IMG/VR virus record: IMGVR_UViG_3300049170_000125
Location: 1-31,127 of that record
Origin: a virus
Taxonomy: Duplodnaviria; Caudoviricetes
Reading direction: 5' to 3' (one strand)
Length of the DNA stretch: 31,127 nucleotides
The notes beneath the pieces were generated by a model, which saw nothing but the letters and a program-made list of their open reading frames with translations, did not search any database and was not told the DNA's origin. Below, piece after piece: positions 1 through 7,473 of this stretch. Position 1 is the first letter of the stretch, and every line of letters starts with the position of its first letter. A program made the translations under genes and the position numbers.

Positions 1-216
1 ATGAACCTCCTGGTTGACGGCCGAAAGGTCCGGAACCTGCGGAAGCGGCGCGGCCTGACGGTCGTCGCCCTTGCGCAGGCCGCCGGCTGCACGAAGTGGA
101 TGATCTACAAGATCGAAACCGGCGCGAATCAGCCCTCGCCGAGGGTCTACGTCGGAATGCGGGACGCACTCGGGGCGAAGGACTCTCACCTGACCCGGGG
201 GCGTGGTCCCCGATGA
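1..216 (+). CDS. Cro-like XRE helix-turn-helix protein
   Basis: 71 aa, RNLRKRRGLTVVALAQAAGCTKWMIYKIETG is a typical HTH_3 pattern; first gene of the early operon. Confidence 0.85.
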   Translation: MNLLVDGRKVRNLRKRRGLTVVALAQAAGCTKWMIYKIETGANQPSPRVYVGMRDALGAKDSHLTRGRGPR

Positions 217-455
217 GCGTCTCCCCGAACTACTCGATCGACGAGGCCGCCGAGATCCTCCGCTGCAAGCCGCGGTTCCTCGAGGACAACCTCGTCAAGC
301 TCCCCCACCAGAAGCTCGGGGCCTCGGTCGCCTTTGACGACGACGACCTCATCGAGATCAAGAACATGCACCGGGTCCGTCCGCGTCCGGCAGCTGCGGA
401 CAGCTCTTCCCGGTCCCTCGCGCACATCCGCCCCAAGGGCGCTCGCGCTTCCTGA
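213..455 (+). CDS. Excisionase-like (HTH_17) DNA-binding protein
   Basis: ATG at 213 overlaps upstream TGA (ATGA); YSIDEAAEILRC...LPHQKLGASVAFDDDDL pattern. Confidence 0.75.
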   Translation: MSVSPNYSIDEAAEILRCKPRFLEDNLVKLPHQKLGASVAFDDDDLIEIKNMHRVRPRPAAADSSSRSLAHIRPKGARAS

Positions 456-462
456 ACAAATC

Positions 463-500
463 GGGGCCGCTCAGACCCTGGCCGGTCCTTGAGCGACCCC
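463..500 (+). promoter_or_regulatory. Stem-loop after xis-like gene (attenuator/terminator-like)
   Basis: GGGGCCGCTCAGACC...GGTCCTTGAGCGACCCC imperfect inverted repeat in the intergenic gap; no U-tract. Confidence 0.45.
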
Positions 501-533
501 TCGGAATCCCTCACCACTCGAATTGAGGAACCC

Positions 534-881
534 GTGGAATCCAACCTTATCGGCCCCGTCCCGCCTGCGGACGGCAGCGCCTCCCGCCCGTCCTCGGGCG
601 AACTGGCGGAACAGAAGCATCTGGTGGACGTCCTCGACCACAGCTTCGAGGGCCTGGCACCGCGTACGGCGCCCGGTCTGCCGCCGAACACGGTCATGCG
701 GGGCGGGGACGGCTCGCTGTGGCGGACCGCCGGCACCTCGGCGTCCGGGGAGCAGCTGTACGTCCTGGATGGCGTCGACCCGGACACCTGCCCGCGCTGG
801 GTGAAGGAGCCCGAGGCCGAGCTGATCGCGCTCGTCGGCGGCCTCACCCTCGTCGAGCCGGACGCCGAGGTGCCGGCATGA
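534..881 (+). CDS. Hypothetical phage protein
   Basis: GTG at 534 preceded by GAGGA, in frame with ORF 489..881; stop overlaps next ATG. Confidence 0.65.
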   Translation: MESNLIGPVPPADGSASRPSSGELAEQKHLVDVLDHSFEGLAPRTAPGLPPNTVMRGGDGSLWRTAGTSASGEQLYVLDGVDPDTCPRWVKEPEAELIALVGGLTLVEPDAEVPA

Positions 882-1093
882 GTGCCGAGTTCGTCGTCGC
901 GGTGTGCGCCCTGGCGTGGGTCCTGGGCGTGCTGGCGGTGCGCTACGCGCTGACCCGATCCGTCGCCCGTGAGAACGCCGCCGAGCGGCGCGCGCCCCGC
1001 GGTGCCCGCATCATCGCTCACCCGTTCATGCGCCCGACCCGCCAGCACTTCCTGCACACGCCCCTGCCGAGGCAGACCCGGAGGTCCAGGTGA
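878..1093 (+). CDS. Small membrane protein
   Basis: ATGA overlap at 878; N-terminal hydrophobic helix FVVAVCALAWVLGVLAV followed by a basic tail. Confidence 0.65.
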   Translation: MSAEFVVAVCALAWVLGVLAVRYALTRSVARENAAERRAPRGARIIAHPFMRPTRQHFLHTPLPRQTRRSR

Positions 1094-1629
1094 GCGAGCG
1101 CCTCTACCCGATCAGGCCGCTTCCCGAGGCCGACTCTCGGTTCACTCTCAGCCTCGCGTTCGACGTCGCCGACGTCCTCAAGGATCACGGGTTCCCGGAG
1201 CTGGCCGCCGGCCTCGACTTCGTCGACCTCCAGCAGGCCCTCTACGGCTTCCTGTACGGCGACCGGCCCCGTACGAGCGTCATCGAGCAAGGGGAGAAGG
1301 ACACCGCGCAGCGCGGCGAGTCCACTCCCCAGCCCGCCCCGGTGGGTGACGTCGAGGTGGCGCTGACCGCTCTGCCTCCGCTCGTCCTCACCGGCTCGAC
1401 GTTCGGAGAGCTGCCGCCCGACTACTACGGCCGGACGTTCTTCCAGCTCGACGGCTGGCTGTCCCCGACCTGGCGGTCCGACGAGTTCGCCGTCGGCACC
1501 GCCCACATCGAACTCGCCCGCGTTGACGGCCGCGACATCGCGCGCGGCGTCAACGCGCAGATCGCAGTGTCCTACCGGCCCGAGGGCCGATTCATGACGA
1601 TCCAGTGGCTCAAGGAGCGCACACGATGA
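1090..1629 (+). CDS. Hypothetical phage protein
   Basis: GTGA coupling with GGAGG upstream; high GC3; two regions joined by a low-complexity linker. Confidence 0.75.
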   Translation: MSERLYPIRPLPEADSRFTLSLAFDVADVLKDHGFPELAAGLDFVDLQQALYGFLYGDRPRTSVIEQGEKDTAQRGESTPQPAPVGDVEVALTALPPLVLTGSTFGELPPDYYGRTFFQLDGWLSPTWRSDEFAVGTAHIELARVDGRDIARGVNAQIAVSYRPEGRFMTIQWLKERTR

Positions 1630-2060
1630 CCGGACCTGAGCACTACCGCACGGCCGAGCAGCTGGCCAAGGGCGCCGCGCGGTACCCGGATTCGAGCGAC
1701 GCCCTGGTCCTCGCCCACCTGGCCCAGGCGCACGCGACGCTCGCACTGGCCGCCCCGGTCGACCGGGCCCCGGCCGTCGAGCAGGACGCCGACGCGACCG
1801 TGGGGGACATCACCGTCTTCCGCGCCTCGCACGAGTCGATCGTGTTCGGCCTGTACACCAACGCCGCAGCGGCCCGGGCGCATTGCACCGACCTGCTGCG
1901 CCGTGAGTGGCCGACCAGCGTCCTCGACTGGATCGAGGACGAGGAGGACGGTGTCGCCGAGCTGGTCGCCACATCGCCGGACGGCGAGGAGACCGCGACC
2001 GGATACGTCGTGACCGCGCTCACCGCCGCCTCCGCGTACGACGAGGAGGCCGACGAATGA
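1626..2060 (+). CDS. Hypothetical phage protein
   Basis: ATGA overlap with AAGGAG RBS; MTGPEHYRTAEQL...AQAHATLALAA N-terminus is a motif I recognise from actinophage proteins. Confidence 0.8.
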   Translation: MTGPEHYRTAEQLAKGAARYPDSSDALVLAHLAQAHATLALAAPVDRAPAVEQDADATVGDITVFRASHESIVFGLYTNAAAARAHCTDLLRREWPTSVLDWIEDEEDGVAELVATSPDGEETATGYVVTALTAASAYDEEADE

Positions 2061-2473
2061 AGGCCACCGCCCGGGCCACCCGCCTACCCACCACCCCCAT
2101 TGAGCACGGCACGTTGCGCGGCTTCCACCAGCACAAGAACCGCAAGGTGACGCTGTGCGAGCCGTGCCGCGTGGTGTTCAACCGCGACCGCGCCGAGAAG
2201 CGCGCCGCGCGCAAGGCGGCGACGCCCGCCCAGCAGACGTGGAACCGCGGCAAGGTCGGCAAGCCGACAGCGCCCAAGCCGCCGCCGACCGGCCGAGACT
2301 GCCCGGAGTCCGGGTGCGGCGCGCTCGCCACCGAGCCGCAGCCCGCCGCCCGCATGGTCGTCGTCGCGTGGTGGGGGTCGCGGGAGCCTGAGCGCTGGTA
2401 TTGCGCCGGCGGCTGTGCCGCGTACGGTTCCGCGCTCGCCGAGATCCGGGCGATCGGGGGCGACCGTGGCTGA
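2057..2473 (+). CDS. Cys/His-rich putative Zn-binding protein
   Basis: ATGA overlap with GAGGAGG RBS; HGT..GF..H....LCEPC plus CPESGC and YCAGGC motifs. Confidence 0.75.
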   Translation: MKATARATRLPTTPIEHGTLRGFHQHKNRKVTLCEPCRVVFNRDRAEKRAARKAATPAQQTWNRGKVGKPTAPKPPPTGRDCPESGCGALATEPQPAARMVVVAWWGSREPERWYCAGGCAAYGSALAEIRAIGGDRG

Positions 2474-2753
2474 CGCACTCCCCCTGGCCGTCCTGGCCCT
2501 GGTCCTGATCGGGGCCGCCACGGTCACGGTGACCGGCACGTGCCTGCTCATCGCCGTGGGCCGGTGGCTGGGCGGCCGACTGGCCCGGCGCCCCACCTCC
2601 ATCCCCCCGCCCGTCCCGGCACAGGCCTCGCTCGGCCGGGTCTGGCTGGCCTGCGACACACCGCGCTGCGGCCACCTGCAGACCCAACACATCCCGGTCC
2701 TCGACGACCAGCTGATGTGCGACGGCTGCGGACTCATCCGGCCCCGGCCGTGA
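2466..2753 (+). CDS. Membrane-anchored Zn-ribbon protein
   Basis: GTG at 2466; hydrophobic N-terminus, then CDTPRCGH...H...CDGCG. Confidence 0.7.
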   Translation: MADALPLAVLALVLIGAATVTVTGTCLLIAVGRWLGGRLARRPTSIPPPVPAQASLGRVWLACDTPRCGHLQTQHIPVLDDQLMCDGCGLIRPRP

Positions 2754-2959
2754 AACCCCGCTCTCGGCCGTGCGACCACGTCGGACGCCACGGCCTCAAG
2801 CGCGCCCGGCTGTACCTGTCCGGGTGGTGCTGCGACCGCCACACCCCCGCAGCGTTGGCCGGCCGCCCGGAGCCACAGCCCGGGCCCGGCTGGCCGCCCG
2901 GCGCCTACCTCTACGCCAACCCGCCCGACTCGAACGACCAGGAGCAGGAGCAGCCATGA
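2750..2959 (+). CDS. Small hypothetical phage protein
   Basis: GTGA and ATGA overlaps on both sides; RLYLSGWCCDRHTPAALAGRPEP motif. Confidence 0.65.
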   Translation: MKPRSRPCDHVGRHGLKRARLYLSGWCCDRHTPAALAGRPEPQPGPGWPPGAYLYANPPDSNDQEQEQP

Positions 2960-3363
2960 ACACGATCCCCACCCCGGGCGACGTAGCCCGCCTTCACCTC
3001 ACCCGCACTCTGATCGCCCCGGCCGCCCACGACCCGCAGACGGATGAGCCATACCGCTCGCTGTGGGAGCGCGGCATCACCGGCTCGCGCCTGATCCGCA
3101 ACACCAAGCTGGTCGCGCTCACCCTGGCCTCGCACGCCGACTGGGCCAGCGGCCGCATCGCCGACAGCGCGCAGCCTCACCTGGCCGGCCTCTGCCGCGA
3201 GTGCGAGCTGTCCACCGGACAGGTCGTCGTCTCGCTCCAGGTCCTCGAGCAGCGCGGCTGGATCCGGCGTCCCGGTCGGCGTGAGCGCTGGGACACCGCG
3301 CCCGTCGAGCTCACCATCCCCGGCCCGATCATGCGCCGCCTGAAGAAGACGCGCCCGGCCTGA
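2956..3363 (+). CDS. Winged-helix (HTH_36-like) DNA-binding protein
   Basis: ATG at 2956 with AGGAG RBS; TKLVALTLASHAD...PHLAGLCRECELSTGQVVVSLQVLEQRGWIRR resembles phage replication wHTH domains. Confidence 0.75.
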   Translation: MNTIPTPGDVARLHLTRTLIAPAAHDPQTDEPYRSLWERGITGSRLIRNTKLVALTLASHADWASGRIADSAQPHLAGLCRECELSTGQVVVSLQVLEQRGWIRRPGRRERWDTAPVELTIPGPIMRRLKKTRPA

Positions 3364-3369
3364 CCGAGC

Positions 3370-3396
3370 CCGGCCGGGGCCCCGCGCCCCGGCCGG
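3370..3396 (+). terminator. GC-rich hairpin upstream of the initiator gene
   Basis: CCGGCCGGGGC-cccgc-GCCCCGGCCGG, 11-bp perfect stem, no U-tract. Confidence 0.35.
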
Positions 3397-3430
3397 CCCG
3401 GTCCCACCCGCACCAACCAGAAAGGCACCC

Positions 3431-4450
3431 GTGGACGAGGAGCACCCGAAAACGGGCGGCAGCGTGCCGCACAACTACGGCAACGCTCTCGCACGCCGCT
3501 GGGCCCGCGAGCTCCCCCGCCCGCTCACCGGCGGCTTCCTCACCCTCCTGTACGCGCTGCGCGCCATGGCGTCCGCTGACGGCCGGCTGCGGTACGAGCG
3601 CGACGGCGCTCCGATCACCATTCAGCAGATCGCCACCGCATGCCGCAGCGACCAGAAGGACGTCCGCGTCTACCTGAACGCCGCAGTGGCCGCCGGTGTC
3701 GTCACGATCGTCGGAGACGCCAAGGGCCGCGGCCAAACCCGGGGCCGAGCCACCATGTACGCACTGACTCTGTGCCCGGACCCGGACTGGAACGCTGCGG
3801 CCTCGATCGTCTGGGTCGCCCAGCGGGTCAAGGCGGAGCAGCGCGCCGCCCGCGCGGAACGCAAGGCCACTGCCGAAGCCGCCGCGAGCGCCACCGCGCC
3901 CGAGGTACCCGCAAGTTCGGGGGACAGTGCCCCGAACTCCCGGCCCTCGACAGGTTCGGGTGACAGTCACCCGAACTCCGCCCCGGCAAGTTCGGGAGAC
4001 AGTGCCCCGACCGAGTTCGGGGGACAGTCACCCACCGGGTTCGGGGGACAGTGCCCCGACCACCCAGGTAGTACCCATGAACTACCCCATGAGATGGCTG
4101 GTGTAGGACCTCAAGCTGAGGTCGCGCGTGACCGCGAGCAGGAGGACGCCGCAGTAGCTGCGCCGCCCCCGCCTCGGCTCGTCCCGCCGCAGCCCGGCGG
4201 CGACCGCCCCCGGGCCGGAAAGGCCAAAGACAGCAGCTGCCAGGGGCAGCGGGCGCTCCTGTTGCCGGTCCGCACTCCGCCGCACGTCACCGAGGAACAG
4301 GCGCAGCTGCGCGCCACGGCGAGCGACGACGAGATCCGCCAGGCCATTCGCAGCCTCGGCGCAAGCGGCGCCGTGTACCGCTACGGCCGCGCCCGCGTCG
4401 GCCCGCTCCTGGCTGAACTCCCCGACACCGATACCCACACCGGCACCTGA
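3431..4450 (+). CDS. Putative replication initiator (N-terminal wHTH, internal origin repeats)
   Basis: GAAAGG RBS and GTG start; ITIQQIATACRSDQKDVRVYLNAAVAAGVV HTH; central repeated (S/F)G(D/G)xxP linker encoded by DNA repeats, as in lambda O-type initiators. Confidence 0.75.
   Translation: MDEEHPKTGGSVPHNYGNALARRWARELPRPLTGGFLTLLYALRAMASADGRLRYERDGAPITIQQIATACRSDQKDVRVYLNAAVAAGVVTIVGDAKGRGQTRGRATMYALTLCPDPDWNAAASIVWVAQRVKAEQRAARAERKATAEAAASATAPEVPASSGDSAPNSRPSTGSGDSHPNSAPASSGDSAPTEFGGQSPTGFGGQCPDHPGSTHELPHEMAGVGPQAEVARDREQEDAAVAAPPPPRLVPPQPGGDRPRAGKAKDSSCQGQRALLLPVRTPPHVTEEQAQLRATASDDEIRQAIRSLGASGAVYRYGRARVGPLLAELPDTDTHTGT
3915..4061. repeat. Five 23-bp palindromic iterons (probable replication origin)
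   Basis: Copies at 3915, 3954, 3990, 4015 and 4039 share GTTCGGGNGACAGTSMCCC; copy 2 (GTTCGGGTGAC-A-GTCACCCGAAC) is a perfect inverted repeat. Confidence 0.85.
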
Positions 4451-4460
4451 GGAGGCACCT

Positions 4461-4781
4461 GTGCCCAGCGACCACGACGTGACCGGATGCGCCGGCTGCG
4501 GCGGCTGCGGCGACCGCATCCGGTGGACGATCACCGCCACCGGCAAGCGCCAGGCCGTCAACGCCGACCCCGACCAAGCCGGGAACCTGGCCGTCTACGC
4601 GGACGGCACCGGCCGGCTGCGCTCCCGCGGCCTCACCACCGAGCGGCCGACCCTCGAGCACGCCGAGTGGCGCGCCATGCCCCACGCTGCGACCTGCGCC
4701 CGCCCCGTTCCCCGCCGTACGGCGCAGCCCCGGCAGCGGGCTGGTGTCCGGGCGGCGCGCTGGCAGGGGTGGCAGCGATGA
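4461..4781 (+). CDS. Zn-binding hypothetical phage protein
   Basis: GAGGAGG RBS; CGGCGDRIRWTITATGKRQAVNADP...GN...HAATC. Confidence 0.8.
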   Translation: MPSDHDVTGCAGCGGCGDRIRWTITATGKRQAVNADPDQAGNLAVYADGTGRLRSRGLTTERPTLEHAEWRAMPHAATCARPVPRRTAQPRQRAGVRAARWQGWQR

Positions 4782-5434
4782 CCTTTGAGGAGAACGGCAC
4801 CGTGCCCCCGGCCGTCGCCGCCGTGATCGCCGCCGAGGTCCTCGCCCGGCTCGGCACCCGCGTCACCTCTGATGAGGCCAAGAGCGTCGGCGACTCGGCC
4901 GTGGAAGCCCTCCGCGCCGACGGCTGGTGCATCCGCGCCCATCCGGGCCGAACGCTCGCCCGGGCCGCCCCGGGGCTGTGGGAGCACGACCTGCCGATCC
5001 TGGCCGGCCTCGCCCGCGGGCGCACCGGCTCGGAGATCGCTGTGGCGACCAGCACGCCGCACGCCACGGTGCGCCAGCGCATCCGGCGTATGCGGACGCG
5101 CACCGGAGCTGCCAACTCGGCCGAACTGGTCTCCATCGCCTACCGGGCCGGATGGTTGGACGCCCTGTCGGTCGAACCGCGTGCACCGATCCGGCTGCCC
5201 GCCACCGAGGCCCGGGTACTGGAGCTCCTCGCCGACGGACGGACCAACGACCAGATCGCCGACGAGCTCGGCGTCGGCACCTTCACCGCCATGAACTGCG
5301 TGCGCCGCCTGTGCAACGCCCTGGACGCCGCCCGCCCCGGCCACCCCGACCAAATGTCCCGCTGCCGTGCGGTCGCCCTCGGCTACCAGCACGGCCTACT
5401 CACCCGCCCCGCCCGCCGCTCTTCCGCCGCCTGA
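4778..5434 (+). CDS. Regulator with two LuxR-type HTH domains
   Basis: ATGA overlap; LARGRTGSEIA...ATVRQRIRRM and EARVLELLADGRTNDQIADELG...RAVALGYQHGLL. Confidence 0.85.
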   Translation: MTFEENGTVPPAVAAVIAAEVLARLGTRVTSDEAKSVGDSAVEALRADGWCIRAHPGRTLARAAPGLWEHDLPILAGLARGRTGSEIAVATSTPHATVRQRIRRMRTRTGAANSAELVSIAYRAGWLDALSVEPRAPIRLPATEARVLELLADGRTNDQIADELGVGTFTAMNCVRRLCNALDAARPGHPDQMSRCRAVALGYQHGLLTRPARRSSAA

Positions 5435-5447
5435 CCCGGGAGCACCC

Positions 5448-5879
5448 ATGGACACCACCCAGATCGTCCGCCTGGCCGACCGGGCGCTGCGCGCCGCCAT
5501 CAACCACGACGCCGACCGCGCCCAGGACTACCTCGTCGAGCTCGGCGCCACCGGCGACCCCGACCACCTGTACGCCGCCTGCGGCCTCCTCGCCGAAGAA
5601 GCCACCAGGGCCGTCAGCGCACTCCACGGCCACACCCCCGGCCAGTGCAACGCCCTGTGGATCGTCCGGGAGGCCAAGCCCGGCGCACTGCAGGACAACC
5701 CCGCCAACACCTTCGCCGCCCGGTTCGTCGCCGCCCACGCCAACGCAGACCTCGACACCACCCTCGCCCTGTACCTCGCCGCCCTCGACGCCGGCCGCGA
5801 CGCCTTCAGCGACTCCGTTCGCGCCCTGCTCGCATACACCGCCCACCTGCACCGCCGCGCCTGCACCAAGCGCCACTGA
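5448..5879 (+). CDS. Hypothetical helical phage protein
   Basis: ATG at 5448 with GGGAG RBS; strong GC3 bias. Confidence 0.75.
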   Translation: MDTTQIVRLADRALRAAINHDADRAQDYLVELGATGDPDHLYAACGLLAEEATRAVSALHGHTPGQCNALWIVREAKPGALQDNPANTFAARFVAAHANADLDTTLALYLAALDAGRDAFSDSVRALLAYTAHLHRRACTKRH

Positions 5880-5891
5880 CCCGGAGCGCCC

Positions 5892-6605
5892 GTGATGACC
5901 GCCTGCCTGATCTGCCGCCACGGCCCCGGCGCCGCCTCCCGTACGGTCTGCCCGGCCTGCGAGACCCGCCTGCGCGCCCTGCTCCGCGAAATCGACGCCC
6001 AACGCCCGCTCCTGGCCGCCTCGCTCCACCTCGACACCGCCCCCGCCGACGGCCGTACGGGCAGCGGCGGGCGCGCCCACTCACCCCTGCCCGTACGCGG
6101 CGACGTCCTCACCCTCCTCGGCGCCGGCGCCACCGGCACCGTGCCCGACCCGTACGGCGACCAGTCCGGCCCCGTCCCGCTCGACACCCTGCTCGCCGGA
6201 TGGGCTCACGCGGTCGCGGCCGAGCTCGCCGAGCTGGCGGCCGAGCCGTTCCGACGCCACCGCACGACCTGGTCGACCTGGCTGGCCGCCTACATGCCGC
6301 AGGTCGTCACCGCGCAGTGGGCCGACGCCTTCCACGAGGAGCTCGCCGACATCGTCCACCGGATCCGGGCCATCACCCGCACCGAGCCCCGCCGCCGCCC
6401 CAAGACAGCCCCGTGCCCCAGCTGCGCCGCATTCGCTCTGTTCGAGACCGACTGGCAGCCGTACGTGGACTGCGAGGCCTGCGGGCTGCTCCTCACACCC
6501 AGTGAGTACGACCAGCACGCCGCCGCGACGCTCCCGCCCCTGTACCGCCTCGGCCTGCAGCTCGTCGTCAGCCAGCACGCCCACGACCAGGAGCACGCCG
6601 CATGA
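5892..6605 (+). CDS. Zn-ribbon protein, candidate late-gene regulator
   Basis: CLIC/CPAC at the N-terminus and CPSC/CEACG at the C-terminus; located at the early/late boundary. Function inferred from position only. Confidence 0.7.
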   Translation: MMTACLICRHGPGAASRTVCPACETRLRALLREIDAQRPLLAASLHLDTAPADGRTGSGGRAHSPLPVRGDVLTLLGAGATGTVPDPYGDQSGPVPLDTLLAGWAHAVAAELAELAAEPFRRHRTTWSTWLAAYMPQVVTAQWADAFHEELADIVHRIRAITRTEPRRRPKTAPCPSCAAFALFETDWQPYVDCEACGLLLTPSEYDQHAAATLPPLYRLGLQLVVSQHAHDQEHAA

Positions 6606-7042
6606 GCCGCTTCACCTGGACTCCCGAACTCAGCGACACGGCGCGACAGATGCGCGACACCGGAGCATCCCTGCGCGACATCGCCGCTGCGGTCGGCGCG
6701 GGCAAGGACGCCGTACGGCGACACCTGGCGACACTGTCGCAGGCCGATGACCAGCAGCAAGCCACCGTGTCGCCCTCACTCGGCGAGCTCGTCGCGCGAC
6801 GCCAGAGCCACGCCCTGGCCGCCATGGAGCAGTTGGGCAACGCTGTCGCGCGCGTCGTCGCTGATCGCGTCTCCCACCTCATCCTCGGCGAGACACGGGC
6901 GCGCCAGGTCGAAGCTGAACTGCGACACCGCGCCGCGGAACTGGTCGCCCTGGCCGATGCGTTCCGGGAGCTCTACCCGGACCCTCCCTCGGCGCCGACG
7001 ACTCATACGGCTGGACATGATCGCAACGTAGCGTCACACTGA
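6602..7042 (+). CDS. HTH DNA-binding protein with internal DNA repeats
   Basis: ATGA overlap with AGGAG RBS; MRDTGASLRDIAAAVGAGKDAVRRHL HTH followed by a helical region. Confidence 0.75.
   Translation: MSRFTWTPELSDTARQMRDTGASLRDIAAAVGAGKDAVRRHLATLSQADDQQQATVSPSLGELVARRQSHALAAMEQLGNAVARVVADRVSHLILGETRARQVEAELRHRAAELVALADAFRELYPDPPSAPTTHTAGHDRNVASH
6633..6928. repeat. Array of GCGACA/TGTCGC hexamers
   Basis: GCGACA at 6633, 6643, 6654, 6675, 6718, 6728, 6922; TGTCGC at 6735, 6768, 6844. Confidence 0.8.
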
Positions 7043-7050
7043 TGCCAGCA

Positions 7051-7062
7051 GCACACGTGTGC
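7051..7062. promoter_or_regulatory. 12-bp palindrome GCACACGTGTGC near the putative late promoter
   Basis: Perfect palindrome 10 nt downstream of a -10-like CACACT (7035-7040). Confidence 0.45.
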
Positions 7063-7074
7063 CCACACACCACC

Positions 7075-7099
7075 ACGGCTCCGCCACCGGCGGGGCCGT
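7075..7099 (+). terminator. Hairpin/attenuator ahead of late genes
   Basis: ACGGCTCCGCC-acc-GGCGGGGCCGT, 11-bp stem with one G-U pair. Confidence 0.55.
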
Positions 7100-7119
7100 C
7101 GCCGTTCCCGGAGGTGACC

Positions 7120-7404
7120 GTGGCCACCCTCTACACCGCCACCGAGGCGGCCGAGCACGCCACAACATGGCGCCGCCTCATGTCCGCCGGCGCGGCCGCC
7201 GTCACCCCCGCCACCATCCGCAAGTGGGCCAGCCGTGGCCACCTTGCCCCCGCCGGCCTCGACGACCGCGACCACCCGCTGTACGCACACGCCGACGTCG
7301 CCCGAGCCGAGCTCGCCACCCGCGCCCGCGCCCTACGCCTCGTCGGCATCCGTGAGAGCACCACGCCGGAAGCACCCCGACGCCGCACCTTCGCGCCCGG
7401 ATGA
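7120..7404 (+). CDS. MerR-like HTH DNA-binding protein
   Basis: GGAGG RBS at 7110 then GTG at 7120; TATEAA...VTPATIRKWASRGHLAPAGLD...PLYAHADV. Confidence 0.8.
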   Translation: MATLYTATEAAEHATTWRRLMSAGAAAVTPATIRKWASRGHLAPAGLDDRDHPLYAHADVARAELATRARALRLVGIRESTTPEAPRRRTFAPG

Positions 7405-7473
7405 TCCGGCCTACCCGTGCACCGACTCGCCCCTCACCAGCGTGAGGCGCGCGACCAGCAACGGAGACCCGAC

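Noticed and set aside
3915-4061. Repeats as a CRISPR array or LexA SOS boxes
   Set aside because: Gaps of 1-16 bp are too short and uneven for spacers and no cas genes are present; the CGAAC/GTTCG halves lack the N4 spacing of the actinobacterial SOS box.
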